A stretch of 64,000 bases of DNA from the human T2T-CHM13v2.0 reference genome, Homo sapiens, in assembly GCF_009914755.1 (NCBI RefSeq), contig NC_060930.1. One strand, given 5' to 3'. Position 1 is the stretch's first letter. Each line of letters opens with the position of its first letter. The notes under the pieces are model-generated. The model was not told the DNA's origin. It ran no database searches and saw nothing but the letters and a program-made list of their open reading frames with translations. A program made the translations under genes and the position numbers. Below are positions 28,811 through 44,132 of the stretch, in pieces.

Positions 28811-30184
28811 GTATTATCGACATATGTGTGCTATATTCCAAGAACAAAGCTCACATGGATATAAATATTATGGAATGTCTGTTAAGTACATTACTTTATA
28901 GCTATATATCTTTTTAGTTTACATATTCTGTCACTGGAAGATACGTAAGGTCTTCCTTCCATATTACATATTGTCTGTATCTGTGCCAGCCATCTCAGTG
29001 TTCTGGACCCAGACACTAATCTTGAAGACACACAGCTCATGGATGTCTCCCTCCCCACTCCCTCTTCCATAAAGAATTAATTGCTTTGTCCAAAACATTA
29101 ATATCACCCCCACTGAGGAACTTTGCATAGACTTTTGTAGTTGAAAAACAGACATCTCTCTGGCCAGGGTTGGCAATGTGCTGCCTGGTTCTTTCTCTTC
29201 ACTCTTCTGGTTGAACATCTTTTACAACGAAGCCAGATGACAATTTTCAAATGGGATGTCAGATAGCCAAGACATGAACAGAATCATTCACCAGTCTCCC
29301 TTCCAGTGGTCTGGAATGTGGTCAGCTGCTGAGAAGGGAGAGGCTGGGAAATGCAGGTGAGGCCAGGGGAGGAGAGCAAGGGGCGGTCCTGCTCTCCTTC
29401 GGCAGGGTTACGTTTCCATTTCCTCCTCTTGGCCTGATTGTTTTCTTTCCTCTAATTTCTCAAATATTAAATTATTTACTTGTGCCCAGGGTCATGGTAA
29501 CTGAATCAATAGAAGCACTCTATCTGAAAAGTAACTAACTAGGAATAGACAGGCCTGAGATGAGGGAAAGGAACGGAGATGGGTAAAGGGTACCATCTAT
29601 CCCTGTTCTCTAAGTTTACAGCTGTGGAAATCGAAACGCAGACATTTAAGATATAAACAGGGCCTCAAGTGGCTTTAGAGAATGGGCTCCACAGAAGGCT
29701 TTTCAGCTCATACTGTTCATATTACATGGACAGTAAATGAAAACCTTCACATCGTTTCCACCTATATCAATTTCTGATATGCAGTTCAGAAAAGGTATTG
29801 GTTTGACCAATGATTCTCTATACATGAAGCCAACAGAACATTTCCCTGTTTAAAGATGTGCTTGAAAAGATTTAGGGGTTGAGTGCATTTAAGCAAATTT
29901 GGTTATAAAGTAAATGTACTGAATTCCTTGATAATCACAGCTACTGCCATAGAACTGACTGCCCTGTACCCCAAAAGTCTGGTGGGGGGTATGCTGGGAA
30001 CTAGAGTACCCATCCAGCAACTCCGTTTCACTCCCAAGCATTTTCCAAACTGTAGTTCTCTCTTCTTTCCTCTGACCAGGGAAAATTTTCCTATACTATG
30101 GATAACAGGGTTACCCTTCCAAGCAGTGCTGCTGTGCCCTGCACACCTCCAGGGGGTGCTTTCCATAAAAACTAAGACATGAGT

Positions 30185-30531
<347 letters not shown>

Positions 30532-32399
30532 CTAAGACATGAGTATTACTCCCCAGTGCCGTGGGCCCACCATCCTCATTTCTAAGTCCCAATGCTTTGT
30601 GTCCAACAGTGCTGCATTGTCATAGTCACAGAAAGTACCACCATCTGAGGTAGTAGTGCTCAAATGGAATGTCAAGACAAATGGAAAATGTATTACAAGT
30701 AATTTGTCACAAATATGGATGTTCTGTAGATACAATGGCCTTTTTAGACATTAAAACAGATTCAGGATTATGCCTCTAATAATGTTATTCTCGTTCACAT
30801 TTCAATAGGCCATATAGCCAGTAGGCCAGGAGTGAGGCCAACCACTGATGCCACTTAGAGAGTCCTTACTGTATGCCAGCCATATTTCTCATTTAACCCT
30901 CCCAACAACCAAGTGGGGCAAATATCATCCCTCCTTTAAAGCTATGGTGATGGAAGCTCAGAGAAACGAAACAATGTGCTCAGTGCCATGGCTGGTAAGA
31001 GCAAATCTGACTGCACAGCCTATGTGCTTACTGTGTATCCTGCTTGAATATGCACAGGGGACACTGCTGCACATTTACCATGCATGTCTTGGTAGGGGAA
31101 AAACACTTGAAAACATTTGGTCTAATATACAGTATGCTGAAAAGTTACTTAAAAGCCTCAGGTTATGTCCCCAATTTAATTAATTTCAGAAAGTCCTTAA
31201 GCATCAATTCCAATAAATAGGCAGTTGTTGGAATTACAAGCTCTCAAATTCCGCAGCTGAGCTCTCAAAAGCTCCTAAAACCGCCTAGAACTGAAACCAC
31301 CACTCTTCTCTTCCCACTTTCAAGGAGCCCAGCACATCAGTGAGTCCCATTATATGACACTGCTTCCTGAGAAATCAACATTTCTAGATGTTTTCAATAA
31401 AGCAGTATGGGAGTTCTGGTCAGGGTAGAAAAGGGTCAGTGTTTTGGAGGATCACCATCATGCTTGATAAAATTCAACTAAGCAGGACTGGCCTGGTTTA
31501 GAGGGCAGATACTGATATTTTCACTTTTGACTAGTTTTGTTGCTATCCACATGGATCCTGAGATGAAATGTATTTGAACATACCGTATTATTAAATATTC
31601 AACTGCATTAGGAAAGCGAATGTGAATTTTTACATCTCAGCTTTCCATTTTCTAAGCTACTAATCCTATTATTTAGATAAATGTCAGACAAACATTTTTA
31701 CTTTCTCCCCAACTTTCACTGTATCACATGCATAAAGTCCAAAATCTGTAGTAAAGTCAATTGATTTAGAAATACAAAGCACACATGTAACTTTCTGAGA
31801 AATACAATCCCTGAAGTATGCATCAAAATGGCCAATTTTTATGACAGTAATTAACAATCAGGCACAAATTCAAAAGCAAAAACTTTCTGTAAACATGAAA
31901 TAAACTGAAGAGCGGAATAACCCAGGAGGCTCTTAGAGCCAGGGCCACTCTGAAGCTAAGATCCTGCTCAGTAAGAACAATTTCTAACATGCTTCTTGAT
32001 TTAATGCGCTAACAGGTCAGGTTCTCAGGAGCGATTCTAAAATGATTTTTACTCAGTCAGGCTTTATTTTTAGTAACTGCAAAATTTAGGGAAGTTTCCT
32101 TTCCCGGCCAAACAAACAACAGTAACTATACCACCTCTGACTGTCAAGCCTCTTTCTAAAAGCTTTCTGAATTACTGCGTTAAACATTTTATAACAGCTA
32201 CCATCAGATCACTATTTTCATATCTTAACCAAATGATCCTGCTTCACTGGTGTGCGCACATACACAAGTGTGTGCATGTACACACATGCCCAACATGCAG
32301 CTGCAGTCCCCACTTCATGTCTTTTTAACGACCCAGCTGAAAGGCCGTCCCAGAGGAAATGAAGGCGGTTTCAAGATGGGTCCATTATAAAAAATACCT

Positions 32400-33960
32400 G
32401 TACGTATATACTTTTATTTTTACATTGTAGAGGAAGTTACCACTTTTTTACAGCATATAAATGAACATAGGTATAAGCCAGCAAGAAGAAAGCATGTATC
32501 TAATGAAAATAATCAGAATATCTAGAACACAATAAATACTTACATCCTACTTTTTGGGAACCAAATGCCAACTACATATATAACAAGGCAAGTGCTGCTA
32601 CATCAGGGGTACCAAAAACACTTTCTTTAGGAATTGTAAATAAGTATCACCCAGCACCTGGATGCTAAATAAAAGAGCTGGAGGACTAAATAAATAGGTA
32701 AGTCATTTTATCCACTTTCCTGTTTCCATATTTTAGGAATTTAAGTTTATTCAAAATTTTGATATATAACCCTATATCTATGATCTCTTCAATAATTTCA
32801 GAATGGTAGTTTTAGACAACTTTAAAGCTTCAGTTCCTTCTGAATTTCTCAAAGTGTTTTTGCACTCTCTTTCAGGGGGGCCTCCTCTTCAGGGGTCAGC
32901 TTTCCCAGGACACAAGGAATATTGAGGAATACTTCTTCATCTATTCCACAGAGACCCCTAATGATGGTGGAAACTGGATGTGTTCTCCTAAGATTCTTCA
33001 AAATACTTTCTGTTAAATCAGCTACAGATAGGCCAATGGCCCATGAAGTATAACCTTTCATTTTAATAATCTCATAGGCACTAGCAATCACTTGTGGACA
33101 TTTTTCCATTGTTCAGGATCTTTATCAGTTCCTGTATCAGAGTTCAGATTCTTCAAAGCGACACCAGCTATGTTCACTCCACTCCATACAGGAACACTTG
33201 AGTCTCCATGCTCTCCTAGGATCCATCCGTGGCAGTTTTCAGAGTGGATACCAAGCTTTTGTCCAAACAAGAAACAAAAACGAGCAGTATCCAGATTACA
33301 GCCGCTTCCAATAACACGGTTTTTGGAAAATGCACTCAACTTCCAGGCTACATAAGTTAAGTTATCCACTGGATTGGAAACAATAATCAGCTTGCAGAGG
33401 GGGCTGTACTGGACAATACCGGAAATCATTAACTTGAAGATGGCCACATTTCGCTGGACTAAATTAAGGCGCGTTTCTCCCTTTTCTTGACGTGCACCTT
33501 CTGTGATAATCACTAGGCTGGAGTTTGCTGTGACAAGGTAATCTTTGCTACAAACAATATTTGGCGTTTTCATGAAAGGGCTGCCATGTTGAAGATCCAT
33601 TGTCTCACCCTTCAGTTTGCCTTCATCAAGATCCACAAGGGCAAGTTCATCACTCAAGCCTTTTAATAAGATGCTGGTAGCGCAGGCCATGCCCACCGAT
33701 CCAGTTCCTATGATGGAGACCTTACTGTGATGAGCGGGCTCCTCGGAAGTGAAGCGCTCAACAAGCTCACTCTTCACGGGGGTGAAGAGCCAGGCGCCCT
33801 TGAGCGGCATGCGCGCTGCCTGACTGGGACACAGGGACAGGAAATTCGCTCCTGCCGAGCTCACTCTCCGGCTGGCCTGCACAACAGACACAGTCCAACT
33901 CATGGCTGCTCACTCAAGAAATGGAGGGAGAGAATGGAAGAAAACTGCTGACCAGGACGT
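32400..33960 (-). pseudogene. LDHAL6FP: LDHAL6B-type lactate dehydrogenase A-like 6 pseudogene (intronless), nested in the TMEM242 intron
   Basis: ATG at 33903 opens MSWTV...GTGSVG...NPVD...GEHGDS; frameshift near 33090 (KNVHK* continuing as [17 protein letters not shown] in another frame); about 10-aa deletion before KLTPEEEA; TGA at 32849-32851 in place of Trp; ancestral end EIQKELKL* at 32822; AATAAA at 32413-32418. Symbol assigned from recalled locus. Confidence 0.88.
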
Positions 33961-34420
33961 CGCAACGCCAAGAGAGCCATTAGCAGCACCTTCAGCCCTC
34001 TGTGGCGAGTGCGCAAGACACGCCCCCTGGCCCTCTACTGCGGCTGCGCGGGCCTTGCCAGCGCCTTCAACATGTACTTTCCGTTGGTGCTGAGACTAAG
34101 GCAGTGAAGGGCTGCTTCTCGAGCAAGTGATTTCTGGAGTTAGTTTTACAAAGAGTATTCTCATCGATAGTTGACATGCTTAAGAGGTTAACCCAGATCC
34201 CCGGAATTACTAGTTTTCTATTTTTAGTATGAATGCCAAGGAAAAATGCTTCTATTAACTACGGATGAAAATCAGGTTACATCTTCTGAACGGTGACCCT
34301 GCCGGGAAGGATAGGGCGCTGTGCTTTGCATACGGGTGGTTGCCTGCACCATCTCCCAGTGTCCCAGAAGTGGGCTCCTGCTATCTGGTGTATGGCGCCG
34401 GAGGCCTATTTATAAAGGAT
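33950..34420 (-). promoter_or_regulatory. CpG-enriched promoter-like region upstream of the LDHAL6 pseudogene
   Basis: Local CpG retention (gtcgcaacgcc, gtgcgcaagacacgcc, gcggctgcgcggg); TATAAATA on the minus strand at 34407-34414. Confidence 0.4.
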
Positions 34421-34965
34421 CCCACTGCCTTGGTGCCAGTTCTGGCCAGGACCCACACTGGGACAGTCAGCAGGAGCTTGAGCAGGGTAGGGGCCCGCTG
34501 GGAGTCATCCCATCACTAAAAATTCACCAGGCGAGAATGCTATTCCTTTCTCATGCTAGAGGAAAGCCTTTGATTGTGCGTCCCGAAGAAAAACGACTTC
34601 TCAGGTAGAAAGCTGGCAATGCAGTCCTCAATTAAAATGAGGATATCTCTTAAAAGTCCTTAAAATGGCAAGTTTCAACCAATGCATAAATCAGATTATT
34701 GACCAAAGTAGTGAAATAAATGATCTAGTACAACGTGGCATCAGTATGCCTTATTTCTTCAGCATTTCTCTGGGCAATCTTAAGAACTAAATTCCCTTAC
34801 AGTTTCTGAGGAGGTGTCAACTTCACATCTGATGAAATGCATACCCTAATAAGCCCAGTAAACTACAAAAGCTCCAAAAAAAATGATGGCACTTTCTCCT
34901 CACTTATAAACAGCATTCTGCCCGTGTAATGGTTCCTCAAAAGCTCTCCCTCTTGTTTTATTTAA

Positions 34966-35388
<423 letters not shown>

Positions 35389-35428
35389 GAAAAGCTATTC
35401 TTATTTGTGCCATTGAAAGGCAGTCCAG

Positions 35429-35840
<412 letters not shown>

Positions 35841-37959
35841 CTATCAGTAAGGATCAGATACCCCGTTCAGATGACAGAGCCACAAACCAAATGGTAAGGG
35901 GACTAGGTACATGAATCCTCTTAGCACTGGTGGTCAGATTTTTGGTTAACATTTGTCAAATTAAAAACTGCAGTTTTAAAAGGGTCATCTTTATTTAATG
36001 GTGGCCAATGTTTTAGAGGAATCCTTTAAAAGCAACAATTTTTGATAGCTGTCATTTCTTTTATCTCAGTCATAACTTGAAATGTTTTAACCTGGTGACT
36101 GTTCCCACCATCCACCTATAATGATTCCTTTCACCAGTCAAGTCATTTTCCAAGATAAGTGTTGTTGAACATGAAATTCAAGGACATAAAGACTCTTCGC
36201 GGGATGGCTACTTTCTATAGTCATTTTCTTTCTATCGTTTGAACCTCTTCAGAAATACAATCTCTCTAATAGCTGCCTCTTCAGTTTTTCCCCTTAGCCA
36301 CAACTAAATCAATCTTGAGGGGGAAAAAAAACTGTTCAAAATAAAAACATACCAAACAAAGCAGCTTTTTTATTTACAATAAGTCTTGAGATAAAAAAGG
36401 AAAGCACTAACAAAGACGAAGAGATGTATGTGACCTCCAGAGCATATTTAGGTCTACTCAAAGATGTGGAAAGCCAAGTATAGCTAGACAGCTCCCTAGT
36501 GACTTCCTATCCTAGGTGGCTCATTATTCCTTCTGAATTGAAAACCTGACTCAAATTATCTATTCAAAACGCAGTACAGTATTATAGCTAATGGCAGGAT
36601 TACACCTCAGTACTTTCGGTTGTACCACTTAGGAGGGAGGAAGCAGGAAATGAAAACAACCAGCAAGTCCCTGGGCCAAGAATGGCTGCCACTAAGTCAC
36701 TATTCCTTTCACCTGGACTCACACCCAGCTCTCAAATCCTCCTTTTCCTCTCCGGGAGTCCAGTTCTGATATTCCATTCTCTCACCAATCTTTGCCAATC
36801 CCCTAAGCAGAACTGGCTTTCTAAAAGCCTATGTCACCACTGTACTTTGTACCTCTCTCCATTAGAGGATTTATCACACACAGTTAAATGTAAAATACTT
36901 ACGAATGTGCCACTGCAAGAAGGATCACCTTTTATTTACCAGCATATCCCTGTCCTCTAGAACAGAGCTGGGCCCACGAATAGGGATTTGGTAAATGTAG
37001 TAGAAAAGAATGAGGAACTGTAGAGCTGAGTGAGTAAGGCTGGGGAGTGGGCTAAAAGGTGAGAGAGACAGAAAGGCGGGGCCACAGACCCCATCTAGAG
37101 AGAGTTCTGAAAATGAGGGTAAGTAAAATGGGTAGGTGGCACCCACTGGGGCATCTTTAGAAAGTTGATGCATATATTTCAAGTAAAGCTTTGGATAAGC
37201 TAAAAGATTTTGTGGCTATTTTCAAAGCCAATACCCACTTTTACCAAGTTAAAACATTAAAAAACAAAACAAAAACAAAAATCTATTACAGTGTTAGAAA
37301 TGCAGTAAAACAAATATGCAGTGGCAGAGAAACTATTTTTATCCTTTAAAGTTATTTAAAATGTTCTGTTCTTTGGAAAGCTTTAAAAAAATAATCAGCA
37401 CACAGAACCCTTGGTTTAGGGGAAAGGGATAAAATGAAAGCAGTGTTAATTATTACAAGCTGATCTGAAATAGGCCATAAACTCACCAGCATGAACACAA
37501 TTATTTTGAAAGTCTTCTTTGTGATTTGAAAAATCATAGAATGCAAATTGTAGTTTTAAAATAAATTAGTGGGCTCTAATTCTATTGCTCAGTAATTCTC
37601 ATGGTGGCGGGGGGAGGGGGGGGTCTCTGCAAATCCCAGCACATGAAAATATTTTACTTTGTCAGCAACACTGGGAAAACTGGAGGAAAGACAAATAGAG
37701 GGCCACAAAGAATAGAATAAAGGCAAAAAGTCAATTCAAAGAGCAATGCTGGGATCAACTTCCTGTTTACGGTATTTAAATATGAAATGAATTGGCAAGC
37801 TCTTCTAATAAATAACCCCAATCACATTTTTGTTCTTTGAAAGCAGCATCTTATACATAATTTCTGATGCAATATAAAAGAGCCACTTGTGTTAATCATT
37901 AAAAAGGAAAACTTATAATGTGGCATAAAACATGGAAAGCAAAGAAATTAAAATTCATT

Positions 37960-38316
<357 letters not shown>

Positions 38317-38322
38317 TCAGAT

Positions 38323-40450
38323 TGCATTCAATAAATACTTACTAAACACCTACAATGCATTAGGCAGTGTTACAGGTGCGAGGATATAACAATGACCAAG
38401 ATAAAGGAGGTCTCTACCCTCAGAATCTACATTCTTTTTGTGAAGACTGATAAAACAAGACAATGGTCAATATCATCTCGTTTTGCAATAGGCGTTACAA
38501 AGAAAAGAAAATAGGATAATTTCAGAGAGTAACTGGGTGGTGGGAATGAAGACATCTGGAGAAGCTGCTCTGAGGAGGTAAATTAAGTTTGAGTTGAAAC
38601 CCTGGATAGCAGCAAACAGCCAGCGATGCAAGGACCTGGGGAAGGAGTTTCCTGGGCAAAGCTAGAGTAAAGGCCCTAGGCAGGAACAGCCCTGTGTGTT
38701 GAAGGAATAAGAATGCTGGCAGGGCTGGAGTGCAGTGGGAAGAGGTGAGGTGGGCAATTGTGGTGGCTCAAGATGAGGTCAGTGAGGTTGGTGGGGCTAC
38801 ATCATGTAAACCTTCTTCAACAGGAAGCCACTGAAGGGTTTTAAATAAGGAAGTAGCATGATCTGACTCACATTTTTAAAATATCTCTGGCTGCTGTGTG
38901 GAGAAAAAATTCTAGAAGGAATAAGGAAGAGGCCGGGAAACTGGACAGGAAACTCTTAAAACACTAGGCAACAGAGGAATGGATGTGGAGAGATGAAGGA
39001 GGCAGGCGGTGTTCAGCGGCAGAGCTGACAAGCAGGACTTGCATGCATCAGATGAAGGGAACCAAGGGAAATGAGAGAATCTAAGAGGATTCTCACTGGG
39101 GTTTTTGGTTTGAAGTGGAAGGATGAGATGACGGTGGCATTTACGGAATGGGGAAGACCAAGGGAGGAGCAAGTTGGGAATAAAGTGAGGAAATCAAGTG
39201 CTCTAGTTGGGACATGGGTCATGTGACACGCCTATGAGGGCGTGTCATATTGTGAGGGCACACAATATGAAGCAGAGACGCCGATCTGAAGGTCAGGGCT
39301 GGGGCTATGTATCTGGACGGCATCAGATAGTACTGTTTGTTTTAAAGTGGCAGGGACTGGACGAAAGAGCCAAGGGGCGGAGGATAGATGGAGGACAGAA
39401 GAGTTTAAGTAGGAGCTACTGGACACTGATGTTAAGAGGCTGGCCAGGGGAGGGGTTGGCACAAGAGACAGGCAAAATGTCCAGTGAGGTGGAAGGTAGC
39501 TCAGAAGCCACAGTGTTTCAGGATGGAGGGGGGGCTCCATTGTGCCCAAATGTTGCTGGGAGGGCAAGTAACAGAGGATAAAGTAAGATCTGGCAACAAG
39601 GAGGGCACTGGCAACCTTAATAGCAGTTCCAGTGCAGCGCTGGGGCAAGGAGCTGGACTGAGAGCAGGAAGGGGAGGAAGTGGAGGCAGTGACCACAGAC
39701 AACTCTTTCGGGAAGCTTTTTGTGTAAAGGGGAGCAGATAAATGGGCTGGTAGCTGGAGGAGGCTAAGGAATATCTAGAGAGAACCTCTAGAGGTGGGAG
39801 AAACTAGAGCATGTCTGTACACACCACAGCAGAGAAGGAACATGTCACAATCAGCTAAGGCTGAGGATAACGATGGGAGCAAGGTCCCTTGTAGATGACG
39901 AGGGGCAGGATCTAATGCCCAAAAGGCAGGGTGGGCCTCTGGCAGCAGCATGGACCTTTTATCTCTGGTAACAGGAAGAAAGGCAGTGTGCGTGTTAAGT
40001 CCAGAGAAGGTGAAGGCCAGAGTGCTCTGGCAGAAGGGCAGAGAAAGGGCTGCAGAGAGGCAAGGCGGGAGGCAGGGAGAACAGAGACAGCTGTCCGAAT
40101 CATCTTGGAGCAAGAAGGTGCCATCAACTATAGTGGCTGTGGGGGTCAGGGAAAAGCAAGATGTGGTGACTGATTAGATGCAGGGGTGAGACACAGTGTG
40201 GTCAGGAATGGCCACCTGGCTTTTCTGTCTGGGCAGCTTTGTGGGTGATGCTGCTATTCACGGGGAGAATGACTCAGGAGTAGGTTGTAGTTGGGGACAA
40301 ATGACAGTTCACTGAGGGACACACGGGATGCCTGCAGGACACCCAAGCACCTGTGTCCAGTCAACTGGGCCCATGAGCCTAGAGCTCAGGGTGTAAATGA
40401 AGGCATCAGAGTGGCTGGAACCTGTGAAGGAGAAGAGATGAGGGGAGGAA
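38323..40450 (-). mobile_element. L2 LINE remnants
   Basis: cattcaataaatacttactaaacacctacaatgc...ggaagccactgaagggttttaa...ctctggctgctgtgtggaga, typical of reverse L2; boundaries approximate. Confidence 0.7.
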
Positions 40451-43166
40451 AAAAAGCACCTTAAGCATAACTGGGTAAAATAAAGCAGCACTATTTCACA
40501 AGTAAGTGGGACAGTCGGAAGTTACAACAGCCAAACTGGAATCGAGAAAACTCATAAAAAGAATAAAGGAAGAACTATAAAAGCCTAGAATCTGTCAGTA
40601 TAAGAAGCAAACAATAAATGATAGATCTGAGTCACCAAGAAAAAGTTACATGATAAGTTATGTTCAGCACAATTTACATAGTGGAAAAATATATAGCACA
40701 TTAGAAAATGATTTCTTAAAATTGTTAGAAACATTTCAGGTAGAAAAATCCATTTGAGAGAACATCATTTTCTGATATACCGGTAAGTGAATACTTACAA
40801 ACTGTACATATCAACTATATATTAGTGTAATACTGTCCCACAGTTTTAGATATTTGTAAGTGACTAATCAATCATAAGTAACTTTTAAAACGGAGCTTGA
40901 GGGGGAAGCAAATGATATCAGGTCTCCAGTCCACAATGCTTTATTTAGAGAGATCTGCTCATGTGTGCCCAATTTTCTAGGCTCAGTCTAAGAATTAAGG
41001 ACAAAGAAAAAGAAAACCCAAGTGAAATCTAGGCTGCCTTCCTCCTGTGGGATACGGCTGGGAATATTATCGAGGTGATGAAGTCTGATCTGTGTCAAGC
41101 CTCAGAACAAAAAAGCTTTTATGGCAGAGCTGATTTGTCCCAGTCCTTGTCGCACGTTCCCACTTGATAAAATGCTTGGGGTGCTATTTTACTTATACAA
41201 GGAAACAGGTGGGTTTGAAAGAGCTATTTTGGAAATATGCCAAAACAGCGGATTCCCCTGCTTGACTTTTTAAAAAAGTACATTGGTCATTATCTCCCAT
41301 CTTAAACTGAGCAAGTCCCTGTGATTCGGGTTCTCTGTCACCAAACTGCTTGTCCACATATGCATCAAGTGCCTCTGTCCACTACGATGTTAAACCTATT
41401 AGAGCTGCAGTGGAATGGGGAAGAAGAGTTATAGAGATGTTCTTGTCACCTCTGACTTGAACCTATTCACTGATGTGCAGTGCTACTTCCAATTCATTTA
41501 AAAATGATTCCAGGAAAATATTCCCCAGTCCTCAAGCTGTTTGAAGGCCCAAGAGTGTGACACATGGAACTACCTCTGCAGGATCGTGATGACTGTTCTG
41601 AGGTTCTAGTGAGCACTATGAAGAAGTGGAAACGAGGCCGAATATGCTGACGTATGGTAATCAAAATAAGAAATTGAGGCTTGCTTCCTGGGGGCAGAAG
41701 CTGGTAGAGATCTCTGGAAGCACTGAAATTAGATTAGGCAAGGAGGCAGAGGGAAATGTTTCAGCCGCTTCTCACACTTCCCCTGCAGATCCCTCAGAAG
41801 TGGCTGCCATTAAACAATTGGCCAGGAGACTCAGTTTTGTTTTTAATGTTTGATCTAAGCCAATGAAAGTACATAGCCCTTAAAGTCTATTTCCCTCCTT
41901 AGAGATCATCAAAGTTAAACATTTCTAAGCTTTTTCACAGTTTTACTATTTACATATGGGGTTCTAGCAGTCACTCTACAACGCTGCTTCATTTGAGGTG
42001 AATAGGTAAAAATAATGCAGGAATAAACGTACTGATAAGAGAAACACCAAACTACCAGTGAAACTTAAATTAGCAAGGAGCCAAAAGAAATTTGATTGTA
42101 ATTATTAGCTAAGGCCCTCCAGTTGGTCATAAGGTTACTAAGAAGTGAGCCTAAATATTATCATAAAAATTATACCTAGGAGCAGCTACAAAAAAGAACT
42201 GGAGAAAATAAATATTATCAGAGTACATCCAATACTGTCCTAGAGGAAAGATACAATATTACTTCCCTTAAAGATTCTCTTGTAATAGGAAAGCACAATG
42301 TCCATTTATAGAGACATATTTAAAATATATCTGTTTTATTTACATGTTTTACTTTTTGTTTTTTAAAGAAAAGGAGGTCTGGGCTCTTGAAAAAGCAGCA
42401 ATGTCTATCAGCAGAAGAGGAGGCAAGACGGGGCCCTGGAAAGCTGTGCAAGATGCCAATCAGAAATCACTTCCATAAAAGCCTTTCTAGCAGCAGGGAC
42501 TCAGGAGAGATACAGGAAGAAAGAGAGTTGGGGGTGGGGGTGGATTACTTTCTATCAATCAGATTGGCAAAAATTTCAGAGTAATAGAAGCCACTCAGGG
42601 CAAGGATCCCAAGAAACTTTTATGCATTTTGTATAAACTTTTCTGGAGGGCTGGTTAGCAACAAATATCAAAAACATTTTAAAAATGCACTTTGACTCAA
42701 CAAACAATAACATCTTTTGTGCAAGGAGATGTATGCCTACAGGTTCCCTATGGTATTTAATAGTGAAAAATTGCAATCTAAATGCCATTGGCAGGAGACT
42801 GATTAAATAGATTATAATATACAATAGGGTTCCCTATAGTGATTAAAAGTGATGGAGATTGATATACTCTGCTGTGCAAAGATGCTCCTGTGACTGTTTA
42901 GTGAAAAAAGATTGCAGAGTAGCAGGCAGTAAAGCAGCATTTCTATACAACTCTATGAATATGCCTACACAAGATGCTCCAAAAGGATGTTTCTAATGTA
43001 ATTATGATTACAACTTAGTAGGATTTCTGGTGATTTTTGTTTTGTACTTTTCAACATTGATTTTTTTTTTAAACGAGTACATATTTTTATAAAAAATACC
43101 AAAGGTTGTCTTTTTTTTTCTGTTTTGAATAAAAAGGTCCTCAATATATATACGAAGATAAATACT

Positions 43167-43465
43167 GTTTTTGTTTGTTTTTAAACAGGGTCTCTGTCAC
43201 CTAGGCTGGAGTGCAGTGGTGTGATCTTAGCTTGCCACACTCTCAACCTGCCAGTCAGGTTCAAGTGCTCCTCCCACACCTCAGCCTCCTGAGTAGCTGG
43301 GACTACGGGCACGTGCCACCATGCCTGGCTAATTTTTAAAATTTTTTTGTAAAAACAAGGTCTCGCTATGTTGCCTAGGCTAATCTCAAATTCCTAGACT
43401 CAAGCAATCCTCCTGCCTCAGCCTCCCAAAGTACTGAGATTGCAGGCATGAGCCACCGCCCACCT
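43167..43465 (-). mobile_element. AluJ-type
   Basis: Reverse Alu with ctcaagcaatcctcctgcctcagcc; flanked by aaatact on both sides. Confidence 0.88.
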
Positions 43466-44132
43466 AACAAATACTTCTTATCCCATGGCAAAGGGGTAAA
43501 AAAACAAATCAAAAACTCCCTTCATTTATACATTAATTTAAAAATTTAAATAACTGGACAACTTAAAGTACTTCACAATAACTAAGGACATTTTCACTGA
43601 TGGTTTTTTATTACAGTTGAGGTTTCAGCTCCTGTGAGGACAACAGCTATAAATTATCTGTAAATTCCTACTATACTAGGCATCATGAATGCATTCTCTA
43701 GAGGCCCCAGTAAAGGTTAGCAATGTTCATTCTGCCAGTCCTTTGAGATAACCACCTCCCCACAAACATAGAGCACAGGTCCACAGACATAGCGCATACC
43801 CCCCTGATAAAGTTCTAATCATACCAACTAGGAATTATTTAGATATTTAATGTTTCTCCTTCTAAGGGGAGGAAAAAACTCAAGGTAGTCTAGCTATAAA
43901 TAACCTAAACCTCTTCAGAATCCTTCAAGTATCAACACGTACTATAAATAATAAAAGGTAAACAAGTGTAAAAGTCACTGCTCTTGAGTCACATGTAAAT
44001 AACCATGTAAACAGCAAGGCTTCTTTTTCTTCTTTGATAGTTAGGGAATTGCCACTTAGTACAAGAGTTCCTTAAAGCATTTACCTCAACTGTTCTCCAA
44101 ACTTAAACTATCTGTCTTGATAAAACAACTGA

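Noticed and set aside
32822-33903. Functional LDHAL6B gene
   Set aside because: A frameshift near 33090, a premature TGA at 32849-32851 and a C-terminal deletion preclude a full-length enzyme.
42600-43130. Possible old L1M 3' fragment
   Set aside because: The resemblance is too degenerate to call or bound without RepeatMasker.
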